From: Octopus vulgaris
Taxonomy: Eukaryota
Reading direction: 5' to 3'
Length of the DNA stretch: 64,000 bases
Assembly (NCBI GenBank): GCA_951406725.2
Contig: OX597825.1
Span: 3,844,001 to 3,908,000 of the forward strand
Part shown: positions 38,599 to 51,372 of the stretch, piece by piece
How positions within the stretch are numbered: the stretch's first letter is position 1
How the letters are laid out: every line of letters starts with the position of its first letter
The notes under the pieces: model-generated
Seen by the model: only the letters and a program-made list of their open reading frames with translations
Databases searched by the model: none
Told to the model about the DNA's origin: nothing
Translations under genes and position numbers: made by a program

Positions 38599-39101
38599 TC
38601 TATATATATAAAACTATAGTTGTGTGAGTGTCTGTCTCCTTCGATTTAGATTCCTAACTACTCCCACATTTTGCGGTGCAGTTTAACCAAATCTTATAGT
38701 CGTGATTCATATCGAGCCCGTCTGAGTATTAGCTTAGCGCGCGTCTACGATGAGTCTACGATTTTAAAAATAATTTAACATCATTTTTATTCCATTTTAA
38801 TGCAAAATTTTTCGTGTGGCGGCGGAGTTGGCGTCCATGGTCACACCTGCACCTGTTTGCTTCTCCCCCTTCTTCCCTCCCTCGTGAAACTGTGGGGAAG
38901 GGAGTGTAAGGAAATCAACGTCGTAAAGCGTTGTCAAGGAGACCAGCGTTCTTTTAGAACAACGACTTCATGGCTTGAAGACACCAAAACAGAAATGGAT
39001 AAGAAAGCCCGAATTGGCATCTATAAGGGAAGTAACTCTCTAAAAATGCTTATATAGTTATTTCCCTTACAAACCCGAGCAACGCCGGGCGATACTGCTA
39101 G
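38599..39101 (+). mobile_element. Non-autonomous Helitron
   Basis: 5' A|TCTATATATATAAA, subterminal hairpin CCCGagcaacgcCGGG (39074-39089), 3' CTAG|T, and no TSD. Confidence 0.85.
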
Positions 39102-39498
39102 TGTAATATATAAAGCTGAAGTTCTCTGTGTATGGCAGGTTTGGTAGCCTTCAATTAACACTATCTCCTCCGAGACCCTGCGGCGCAAGTTGACCAAAAT
39201 TGAGGGTATGATAGAAAACGGCTTACACTTCATTCCGTAGAAGATGAAATTCAAATCAGACAATATTAAGACCAAAAATTATTTACATCAAAAAGGTGCT
39301 TTTTTTCTATGAAAATCCCTATTTTTTTTACAATTCTTTTACTGCTGTGTCGCCATTTTTCGGTGTATTTCAACCAAAAAAATGTTTACATAAAGAGAAT
39401 AACAAGCTACATGATGCAAAATGTTTCCTTTTTAATAATTCTAATTCTAAAGGGTCGAAAAGAAAACAAATCCGAGAAACGCCGGGCAATACTGCTAG
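39102..39498 (+). mobile_element. Second non-autonomous Helitron abutting the first
   Basis: Starts tgtaatatataaag (variant of TCTATATATAAA) and ends TCCGagaaacgcCGGGcaatactgCTAG|T. The internal sequence is largely different from the first element. Confidence 0.8.
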
Positions 39499-40854
39499 TA
39501 TGCCATATATGAAAGGGTGATTTGAATAATGAAAGAAATAGTTAAATAAACGATTCTACAGCCACAGCAGATACTTTTTCATCATATGTTGGTTCCATTG
39601 GGGAAGAACTTAGTCATCTAAATACCTACAGAAATGACTCTGGATAGTGTTTTTCTGTTCTGTTGAGAATCTATCCAATGTATTGCAAATCGCATAGTAA
39701 ATTTGTGCATCGCGTGAAATCTCGAAATTCAAGTAATATTTTTTTTCTCTCACCAGCAACTGCACTGTAAGGAAACACAGGTTTCACAATTTTAGTCACT
39801 GCTAAGAATGTGTGCATACGTGTGAATAATTCAGAAATTCAACACATTTCTCTATCACAGTAAAGAACTTTAGAAATAGCAAATTTGTCAAGTTATATTC
39901 TATGTGGAACTGAAAATGTTGTTACTAAAACTTTTGTTGTGCTGTCTCCTTATGTGCTAGGCGTCCTCAAATTACAACTAAAGTAGGTTAAATAAGCATC
40001 CTCACAAGTCTGTTTCTATGAATGATTCTCATTTCGGGCTCAAAATTTATAACAACAAATGTGATATTTTTCTTTCTTTGGCCATCAGTATATTTCATAC
40101 AAAACAGACTGCAACACTTATTTAGAGTAATTTCCATCAATATTCTCTGCATACTGTCATTAGACAGGACATACACACGTCAGATTTGTAATTTTGTTCC
40201 TTAAAACGTATCAAAATTAGCAAAAACAACAGAAACAAATCGAAATTGTTTCTTATTCAGAATTTTCTATTCAAATTACACAAGAATGATTTACGTTAAA
40301 GTATTTTCATGTTTTTTTTGTGCTTTGCGCGTCCATTTACAACTATTCTGCTATTATTTCAAATTCTTTGTTGGCATTTATAACTCACTAGCTTGTACTT
40401 CTTATATGCACACGTCATCTGAAATTCCAGATAAATCTTTGGCACAACCTCAGATAATATAACACAAAAGTAGATTTTGTTTTTACTGCCCATAGCAATG
40501 GTTAGTTAATACATCCGAAGGTTTTCGCAGCCTTTACATGGTATTCTTTGTTCTAATCTTTTATTCACGTTTACTGAGCCCCATAAACCTCTTCTATTAC
40601 CTTTTTAATAGCAAGACACAAATTTCACATCATAGCAATAAAAAAACAGATTTGGCTTTTTACATTCAGCGATCTTCAATATTTGCATGTTCGTTCCTGT
40701 TCTATTGTGAATAGAATTTTTTCCTTTAAATCTTTGTGTAGTTTGCTTCTGTTGAATCTCTGAGTAACATATGGTAATTTATTATCAGCAATTTACAATT
40801 ATTGGCATATTATATGCCAACTTACATCTCTTCTGTAATACATTCAACGGGCTC

Positions 40855-41003
40855 ATATATATATATATATATATATATATTTGTATAAAAGTAGTTTGAA
40901 AACGCCACTATCTTCGATAAATTTTAAGTTTCTTATATATATATATATATATATGTAAAAAAGAAGTTTGAAAACGCCACTGTCTTCGATAAATTTTAAT
41001 TTT

Positions 41004-41035
<32 letters not shown>
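40855..41035. repeat. Two ~52-bp direct repeats separated and flanked by (TA)n
   Basis: aaaag.agtttgaaaacgccact.tcttcgataaattttaa.tttctt at about 40886 and 40958. Confidence 0.9.
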
Positions 41036-41038
<3 letters not shown>

Positions 41039-41917
41039 TTTCACGTACTCAAATCACGCATACACACAAATTCACGCACTCCCAAAAGATTATTAAAATA
41101 TGAAGTTATAGTTTCCAGAAGGTGCTATTAAGTAAGTTTTTTAAAATAAATATTGAAATAAATATATATACACTTATGCGAATCATTCCGTGTTGAATCT
41201 CAATCAAGTATTGAGAATGGTATGTGTACAACATCGTTTTTTAAAAAATTAATCAGATTTTTCGAGCTCGTAATTTATTCGAATTATCTCGAAAATATTC
41301 GTATATCAGTGTTTACTATACGACTTTGTGACATCTCAAATATATGACTGAACTGAAATATTAACAGTTTTATATAATCATTGCTCTGCAAAGGCAATTT
41401 GTCACTTTTCGAGAAACGACCGACCGCATCTGCAGTGAAAATAATTATCGGATTCAGTACAATGGAGTGTATAATCTACCACGGCAGGTTTTGAAATCAA
41501 ATGATCAGCAAAATATTGCGCAGAAAAATTTAATGCTCGTCGGTGATCTGTTTTCTGTCTTCTGTTAAGTGTGCCAGCTTTTTAGAGCGTGAATTATTAA
41601 TTTAAAATAAATCTCATTTCTTTTCAGTTGGCTGACGCCTGTTCTTTTATCTCTTTATACAGAAAGATATTAAATACCTCTCCATTAGTAATTTTTTCAG
41701 ATCTTGGCACAAGACTCGCAATTGTGGCGAGAGTATCAAGTCAGTTACCACCAAGCTTTCATCTGTTAATCAGTTTATTTACATCAGAATGCATAAAGGC
41801 AAAGTTGATCCTAGTGTCATTTGCACTCAAAAAACTGCTAACCATTTTGTCCTACCCGTTAACGATACTGCCTACGCACCGCCTTATCTTTCAATTAATA
41901 TTAAAGATAATACATAT

Positions 41918-42519
41918 GGCGGCGTTCTGGCAGAATTGTTAATGAAGGCGGCGAGCTGGCAGAAGCGTTAGCACACCGGGCGAAATGCTTAGCAGTATTT
42001 CATCTGCCGTTATGTTCTGATTTCAAATCCCGCCGGGATCGACTTTGCCTTTCATACTTTCGGGGTCGATTAAATAAGTACAAGTTACGCACAGGGGTCG
42101 ATATAATCAACTTAATCCGTTTGTCTGTCCTTGTTTGTCCCTTCTGTGTTTAGCCCCTTGTGGGTAGTAAAAAAATATGTATTTCGTCTGTCTTTATGTA
42201 CTGAGTTCAAATTCCGCCGAGGTTGACTTAGCCTTTCATCCTTTCGGGGTCGATAAATTAAGTACCAGTTACGCACTGGGGTCGATGTAATCCACTTAAT
42301 CCTTTTGTCTATCCTTGTTTGTCCCCTTTATATTTATCCCCGTGTGGGCAATAAAGGAATACGAATTGTTACTGCACCGGGCACAATTCTAAGCAGCATT
42401 TCGTCAGTCTGATTTCAAATTCCACAGAGGTTGATTTGCCTTTCTTTCTTTCGGGGTCAATGTAATTGATGCGCCACCTCCCACTAAATGTCTGCTTTGG
42501 TACCATAATTTGAAACCAG
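41918..42519 (+). mobile_element. Older SINE A-like copy interrupted by a younger dimeric SINE A
   Basis: The head ggcggcgttctggcagaattgtta resumes at 42363 as gaattgttactgcaccgggc and ends ...ataatttgaaacca. Confidence 0.75.
41947..42360 (+). mobile_element. Dimeric SINE family A (full unit plus headless second unit)
   Basis: A full unit runs to about 42178, and the second unit restarts at gtatttcgtctg. The 9-bp TSD gaattgtta is at 41933-41941 and 42363-42371. Confidence 0.9.
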
Positions 42520-43760
42520 CATTAAGACTAATATTTATGTCTATTTGAATTTGATTACAGATTTTTATTGTTGACGACGGAATTTGTATTTAGTTTTTAA
42601 CACATTTACATATGTACGACAACTGAATTATTATTCCATGTTTCAAATTAATTTTGTTACCATACAAATATTCTTTTCTATTTAGTAGTCTTTTATGATT
42701 TGTTATTAAAGAATTACAGAAAAAATATCAGCTAAATTAATTATGAAGAATGTATGAATAGAGCAAATGTATTCTATATTAATAGGATCCTAGTTTATGA
42801 ATGCTATATGTTTATAACAAAATATCTGGCTGTAAAGCAGACTCCACCAGTTTATCATATGGACTTTTATTTTATCTATAGAAGCAGAGTCTATAATTTG
42901 TGAGCATTTATTCAGAATTCCTTAACATTTAGACGCCCAAAGTAAAAAAAAGAAAACAATTTGATTGTGGTATATATTTTGAATTAATGCGGATTGTGGA
43001 AACAAATTATTCCTGCCTGTATAATTTCGAGATACCCTTCGAAAATATCGTGTATTTTAATATGATTTAACTGTAGTGTTGTGAGGGGAAAAATTCAATG
43101 AGACACTCAAGCAAATTTAAATATAAGGAAATAAACACACGGACGCACACACATATTCCTATATATTTGTATGTTTATATTTAGAGTTGCATAAATACCA
43201 ACGTGGTTTAGGGTGTATTCGTTTATAACGTGAGATACCGTATTTCTCTCAACAGTAAATGGAAGACACCGTACCAGTTCTGGGATTGATGTTACCAATT
43301 AAACAGATGGAAACAGGAAGTATGCGTCGCAGAAATCGAATTGCTGTATCCATTAAGTAGGGAGTAAATGAATTGCGGGTGAGATATGTTGTATTAAAAA
43401 GAACCAAGACATTGATTTATTCATATACGTTTGGAATACATCATCATATATTTCATTGGTGGAAGTGAAATGGATTTTGAACAAGTTTATATGAATTAAT
43501 TTTACGATAATTAAGAGCTCCATAAATTATTTCAGTCACTTTGTAATTACATCAGCACACGTTATTAACAGGCACTTTCTTTCACACAATCCAAAAGTAT
43601 GAATACAATGTAATTTGTGCGGAGCGCTAGCGATTATGCCAGCTTCTCTCCAGTAACGGATTTTCTAACAGGTTTAACATGCTTAAGAATTTGTTAAACT
43701 CCAACACGTTGCCAGATTGTAGGAATTCCGTATATTTTGTAGTCATGTGTACGAGAAAAA

Positions 43761-44159
43761 CCTTTCCTACTCTGGGCACAAGGCCAAATTTTTTGAGGAG
43801 GGGGCCAATCGATTACATCTATCCCAGTACGCAACTAGTACTTAATCTATTGACTCCGAAAGGATGAAAGGCAGAGTCGACCTCGGTGGAATTTTAATTC
43901 AGAACGCAAATACAGACGAAATACCTATTTCTTTACTACCCACAAGGGGCTAAACATTGAAGGGTCAAAGAAGGACAGACAAAACGGATTAAGTCGATTA
44001 CATCGACCCCAGTGCGTAACTTGTACTTATTTAATCGACCCCGAATTGATTAAAGGCAAAGCCGACCTCGGCGTAATTTGAACTCAGAACGTAGTGGCAG
44101 ACGAAATACCGCTAAGCATTTTGCCCGGCGTGCTAACTATTCTGCCAGCTCACTGCCTT
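43761..44159 (-). mobile_element. Dimeric SINE family A with 15-bp TSD
   Basis: TSD tgtgtaYgagaaaaa at 43746-43760 and 44160-44174. Internal junction cagacgaaatacc|tatttctttactacc; the second unit has an alternative tail. Confidence 0.9.
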
Positions 44160-45964
44160 TGTGTATGAGAAAAATCATCACTTCAATAAGTGACCAACAT
44201 TCTCTACGAAAAGCAAAATAGATTTTATAAGTATTTATGTTTCTAAAATGTCCAGTGTCATTTAGTCTTTCCTGTTATTTTTGTAATGCATTGGCTTCTA
44301 GTTAATCGTGATTAATAATACATGTGGCCACAATATATCTGACCGACAGCGTTATATTCCTCGATAGAGAGCCTGGAGAAACATGTATGTGTAGTCTAAC
44401 CTCCATATCCATTTGTAAAGTACTGTGTTTGATTCAAACGAATGTGTTGCCTAATTTCATCGGCTCATATGGTCATGTAGCGTCTCTTTCCTTAGTTGGA
44501 ATGTATAGTAGTTTTTGCTGTTTCATCATTTTAGCATATGTAAAATCAGAACGAACAAAAACAAATTTAAGCTGTGGCTTTATGGTTATTAGAGGTTTCC
44601 TGGTTACACTCTTACATCTAATATTCTCTCAGTTTCTAGATGAGGGTAGAGTTTATTTCAAAGAAAATTAGCTTTCCTTTCTACTCTTTCATCTAAAAGC
44701 GTATCCATCTCCATTTGTCTAAAAGGTTTTATTTATGCATGGAGCGTTTTGTGAGTGGGAGAGAAATGGAAGTCACTGGAACGTGAAGTTTATATGAATT
44801 AATATTTTATTTTCAGGGTTATATCTTCATGCAAGCAACTATTAAGACATATGATACAGTGTATCGACTATGTCCTTTCTATAATATATTTAAAAAACAC
44901 AATTAACGTTGACGTGATAAAATATGTTTGCTAGAATTTTCGAAATAGCAGCTAATTTACTCTTCAAATTACACTACTTTTCATAAAAATGGCCTGTATC
45001 ATTCACATTGAATAGCCGTAGATACATACAGATACTTTTGATCATAGATCTTCGTAGGCAGAGATGACCTGTGGCTAAGCTAGAACAAGTATGCTGTATA
45101 CGTCGTTCCTTGTGGTGGTGATTGAATTTATCATTCGTGGAATTATTCCAAAGATTAATTGTTCGTAACAAAAACCTCCACCGCTTTCCTTTGCAAAGGA
45201 CAGTTTCCAGATTAGCAGTGTGGCGAATATTAGGAGGATCTGTAACATTAATATCAGAAACACATCAGCGATACGCGGCATTGTGTTCCAGTAACTCGAT
45301 TAATACATACACAAATATATACAGTGTTAGAAGCAAAATACAAAGGACTATCATATGCCATGCTGTCCATTAAGAGAAAATCTATAGCCCCTTAAATAAA
45401 TATTGCGTTATCACTCCCTACTTCAATCTCCTTTCATATAGCATATTTGTAATGGATATGCATTAGCTCTGTTATTGATACTATACATCAAAGGAGATTT
45501 GCTATGATAAAATATCAATTTCTCCATCACATTTCTAATACAGTAGCCACTATATTTTCATTTGTGTCACTTGAAATGATTGCCCTTTAAAAGATCAAGA
45601 ATGCCAAATGTATTGCATCATACTAACTGAATTTTAGATACCAATACGATAGCGGAATCAGATGTTTACGTGTCTGGATCATTCAAGACAGACGAACATA
45701 CCATACCAGCTTCTTTCATTCAGGCTCATTTATATTCTGACGTTTAAATCCACCAGTTATTGCTTTGAGTGTAGTTTTAGTGTTTTAGCGTTTTAACAGA
45801 ACATACATTTTCCTCCATTTTATCAAGCTTTGTATTTATTTGTTTTTATTCTATAATATTTCTCAAATGGTTATGCTACACTGTTGATATAAAGGGACGC
45901 AACCAGAGATAGTGATATGTAAAATGGCAAGGAAAGAAAAAAAAACATATTGATATTAGTCTGG

Positions 45965-46390
45965 AATTTTGGCACAAGGCCAGCGGTTTCTGGTCGAAGG
46001 TAAATCAATTATTTACCGGTATTTATATTATATCGCCCCGGAAAGGATGAAAAGCGAAATCGGCAATTACAAAATTTCGACTCAGAACGTCCAGACAGAC
46101 AAAAATACCGCCAAGCATTTTGTCCGGAGTTCAAACAATTATGACAGTTCACCATCTTTAACAAACATATACATACTTGTTTCAACTTTTGACACAAGGC
46201 CACCAATTTCGGGGGACGAGTAAGTCGATTGCATCGGTCCTAGTGCTCAAATGTTACTTATTGTATCGACCCTCAAAATATGAAGGGCAAAGTCGACCTC
46301 GGCGGAATCTGAACTCAGAGTTTAAGGACGGACGAAATATCGCTACACAATGTTTTCCGGCATGCTAACGGTTTCGTCAGCTCACCACCG
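45965..46390 (-). mobile_element. Two older tandem SINE A copies (alternative tail)
   Basis: Each begins tttg.cacaaggcca and contains aggatgaaa.gc.aa.tcg and actcagaa...gac.aaata.cgc. Confidence 0.75.
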
Positions 46391-46653
46391 GTAACAAACA
46401 CAATTATAGGCATTGATAATCAATATATGTAAGTAGGTAAGCGGCCAAAACGTGTTGTACACCGGGGAAAATGCTTGGCGGCATTTCGCCCGTCTTTTGT
46501 CTTTACGTTGTGAGTTCAACAGTCCACATATATAAAATATTACGCACACACACAAATGTATATATATATTGCATTAAATTATATAATATTGTATTATATT
46601 GCATTATATATTTGAACACATGATGTAAAATGTCGTCTTCACGATCTGAGTTC

Positions 46654-46765
<112 letters not shown>

Positions 46766-48312
46766 CATACATATATGCATATATACATATACATACATGC
46801 ATATACATAAAGGAAGTGCGAGTGAAATGTTAGCCAAAATATGCATATACTATCAAACATTAATATATTTAGAAATATTAATATTGAATATCCTACCGCA
46901 ACACGCACAGAAAGATAGAGAGGAATTTGATAATATTGCTTATAAAATATTAACACTACATGTTGAATTTTGAAGAATAAGCACGAATTGAATTAAATAT
47001 ACTAGTATTAGCTTAATAACAGAAAATCTGCTTTAACCTACAACTGTTATAGCCTGACAGAGAAGGGCAGATATAGATGAATAGATTTGAGGCTATCACT
47101 GCAATATTCAATGGCTCCATGCGGCATGACTCTGTGTCAGTTCTATTGATATGCATAAGCATATGAAGATTAATGATTGAATTGAAAAAAAAACAATAAT
47201 TGCTATAGTAAATGTCCATGACTATTCAGTATTTATGAAGCTAAGTCATGATGATACAGGGATATAATTTTTTTTTTCCTTCGACTTCAAATATTTTAGA
47301 CCTTTATATTTCACTAACCAACCCCTGTATTGCAACATTGATAATAAATACCGTTGCTGTTTCATTTTCGAAACATTAAATACTGTTGTGATTCGCACAA
47401 GACTTTAATGCAGCGGATGAAATAAAATGCTACACAAGACAATATATTCTACAGTGTTTAGCACTGCAACCGAATTTATTCATGTAGCCCTTCATGTAAT
47501 ATTCACTTTGTAAGGAGAGCAATAATTCAGCATTCCACCGCATTCCTGTTTTGATCACATGACGATTCTGAAGTTAAGAGAAATAAAATTAATGCAAAAC
47601 AAATGAGTAGATATCCCATAAAATAGATACATAAAGGAACAAAAACTTCAGTTTCGTTATTTGTATTTCCTGTACTCATGATTTTAAAAAGTATGAAGTT
47701 ACTGATTTCATTTACACTAAATACGCAGTGCTTTCAGAATAATGCTAGCTTATGATTCCTGTGTAATAGACAAGCAATAGTGAGCGCACATCTTTTACTT
47801 CTGGGATTCTATATTTGAATTTCTTTGAAAAATATATTTCCACAAACTGTGAAACAGTATTGTCCTAACAGATTTCTTTTTTATTCATCGTTTTAGATAA
47901 TGATATTTCTCAAATATATTTCAAGCAAATTATATCGATATGATATGCATCATATTTTAAGATCTCTGTTGCTTTGCTTTTTTAGCTCTCCTCATTCAGG
48001 AATTTCAATCTCATTTCTTTTGAATCGCTCGATAAAAGCATCAAAACCTACGTATCTACTGCGCCCTTACCAATCTAAAGTTATTTGTGTCAGTCTCTGG
48101 AAATTTGATGACTAATTCTATCAGATTATACGACGCCATAAGTATTCCTCACTGACTCATAAATATTCATGTTTTGTATTTTAGTTTCAGAAATTTAATA
48201 ACAATCTGAAGACTATTCCGCTAATTAGAAACCAATTAATTGTGCACTCGTTTAGATATATATATGTCAGTTTACTTCATTATGTTATAGTATTTTTATA
48301 CCACGATATTTG

Positions 48313-48370
<58 letters not shown>

Positions 48371-48617
48371 TATTAATACATTACAGTACCACGCACTTAA
48401 CGAATTCAGTTATCAATTACATCTCGTTTCTTTTCTCCCCTTGCGATAGTAGTAGTAATTTTTTTTTTGTGGGTTTGGGTATAAAGTTGACTGTCAAGTA
48501 AAGTGGAAAAAACTTACAAAAGCACATATATAAATGTAGTTCATTTACTTTTGATAGCAGTTTAAGTTTTCATGAATTTCGTTTCGATTGTATATACATT
48601 CAACATCAGTACATACC

Positions 48618-48848
48618 TATTTCTTTACTACCCACAAGGGGCTGAACACAGACGGACTACCAAGGACAGACAAACGGATTAAGTCGATTACATCGACCCC
48701 GGTGTGTAACTGGTACTTAATTTATCGACCCCGAGAGGATGAAAGCAGAGTCGACCTCGGCGGAATTTGAACTCAGAACGTAGCAGCATACGAAATAACC
48801 GCTAAAGCATTTCGCCCGGCGTGCTAACGGTTCTACCAGCTCGCCGCC
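48618..48848 (-). mobile_element. SINE family A, full length
   Basis: tatttctttactacccacaagggg...gtcgacctcggcggaatttgaactcagaacg...ccagctcgccgcc. Confidence 0.92.
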
Positions 48849-50849
48849 TTAGAGTGCATTAGCATCACCACCACCATCGTCGTTGTTGTCGCCCTTTTCG
48901 TAGATGTCATCGTTGTTGTTGTCGTCGTCGTCGTCGCTATCATCACCATTATCATCCTCCTGAAGAAGATACATTCATCCCATTGACCACTTCAATGATC
49001 TTTCTTATTTCAGAAGATACTGCCTTATTTTCTTTAACCAATCGGAGTGATAGGAATCATATAAAAAATCATTCCTTTTAGGTCTTTAAAATCATCCGGA
49101 CCTATGTACTCCCGCGGACCTATATAATCTTAAAAGATTAGGGAGTATTTTGGGGCGAGAATGTTATACCGTAGATGAACTATTCGGCTCCATTCTCGTG
49201 GAAAACATTTTGGTTATTTGCGAATAATAAGTTGCGTATGAGTGACTATTTGCACAAACCCTCTGTACGTTGGGTATGAAGATGTTATTTTAATTTTGAC
49301 TAATGCCACTACTCTTTCATTACTAAGACCACCGGAAGTGTTTATACATAAAAAGAAATGTAGTCCAAATGCTACCATCTTAGTCAAACATTTACGGCTG
49401 CAACAATATGCCTGAAAGGAGTTTTAAAATCACTACTGCTGCTACAGCGGCTTCATTCAGAAATACTTGATTATAATCAAAAGCTCTTTGCTAGGTTTAC
49501 GTAACAGGATGTATAATTTTCTGCGAAAAGGTGCGTTCTCTCAAACTGAACGTTAATGCATAAAAAAAATAAAAGAAATGTAGATGTGAAACGCCTTAAA
49601 ATTGTTTTTTCATTATCATAAGGAAAATTTTATGAAAAGTGAGATAATTATTATATTATACATGAAATTTCTAATTGTTTTTTTTCGCCATAAATTAATC
49701 TCTCAATTCGATGGTTTCTCAATTTTTGTTATAATTCTAAATCCAAACGAAGCATTTCTAACCGATTATATTTAATATTGTTAAAGTTACACTTCAACGT
49801 TGTAAATTACTAAAATCTATTTACTTTCTGTGTCATTTGCAGCTGTGAAAGTTTCATTGCTTTGGATAGCGAGGTAAGAAATGTTTCAGATATAAACTTA
49901 ACATCAGGAAATCTAACTCAGGGCTTTTTGTTTGTAATTTGAGCGTATTCTATTACATGTTCTGAAAGAATCGAAATCTCTATGTAGTTTTGCTTAATCT
50001 TCTTAAGGAATATGACAGATTAGTTTGAAAGCAGATGTTTCAGACACAAACGGAAATGTAAAATCACAAGTTGAAGACATAGAAACTAAAAGTGAGTTCG
50101 CCTCGAAAATAATATATCATAAATACCGTTACTTTTTTTCTTCCATGACTTCACATCGTTCAGTATAATTTAATAATATTGATTAAAATACATACATTAT
50201 TGACATTTAATGGACAAAATCCAATAATCCTTTGAAGATATCGCTGTACAGCTTGCTTATGCAACTTTTACTAACTCACCGTATGTTAAGCTTCAAACAA
50301 AAGAAACAGATCAATACAAAACAATGTTAATAGCTAATTACATTATTTTGTTTATTTAGTGCATATACCTTTTTTTTCTTCCTTTTAATTTGATTAAACT
50401 ATTTTCTAAATTCCCAAGGAAAATGTATGTTTATATCCGGGAATTTCAGCGTTGTTACGAAATAAAAATAAAAAGAATTTACTGCATTGCATTGTCGGAA
50501 GAATTACAGAAGATGCACAAGGGAACAATAGACTTTAGTGAGTTTTGCTTCAGCTGGATTATATGAGTAGCAGAACTTTGAGGTAATAATCTAGCTACTT
50601 TTCCTCGACGGTTGCAACACATTAGTATTAGAAATGCGGTTTTATAAAAGTTAAAGATACACAATAATATATTAGCAGTTGATAGGCATCATGTTAGCTC
50701 CAACAGGATTAAATGTGCTGTGGTTTAGTATCCGGAGCATCCGTATTACATCGTTAACTTGAAGGCATTTTGTTAACTACAACAGAAGACGATTACAACT
50801 GTCTTCGCTTACAGCCACTGTACGTAATAATTGGGAATATTTTTAGATG

Positions 50850-50853
<4 letters not shown>

Positions 50854-50891
<38 letters not shown>

Positions 50892-51173
50892 AGAAAGAGA
50901 GGGATAAATAGATAGATGAATATAGAGAAAGATAAACATATAGAGAGATACACATACCACACACACACACGCGCGCGCGAAACCGCATACTCTCTCGCAC
51001 ACACATATACACACACATACATACAGATATACACATACATATATGTATATATATATATACATGTACATACATTCACACATGCACACACATATATACATAC
51101 ATATACATACATATATACATACATATATACATACACATATATATACACATACACATACAAACATATACACACA

Positions 51174-51212
<39 letters not shown>

Positions 51213-51240
51213 CACATACATACATATATATATATATACT
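50854..51240. repeat. Compound (TA)n/(CA)n/(TACA)n low-complexity tract
   Basis: Direct reading. Confidence 0.9.
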
Positions 51241-51372
51241 AATATAAATATATCTCAGCTATTAAACCCAAGTGCATTCCTTATCTAACTCTACACAGAC
51301 TGTAAAATTGAACTCGGATTACAGAACATTCTCGGGATTATTTACCTCGTAGCATTTCGTAAGCGCTATCTA

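Noticed and set aside
40855-41035. Repeat-spacer-repeat pattern as a CRISPR array
   Set aside because: There are only two units, the spacers are (TA)n, the context is eukaryotic and there are no cas genes.
50500-50565. GTIDFSEFC, resembling an EF-hand loop end
   Set aside because: It lacks the preceding D-x-D-x-D residues and is followed by a stop.
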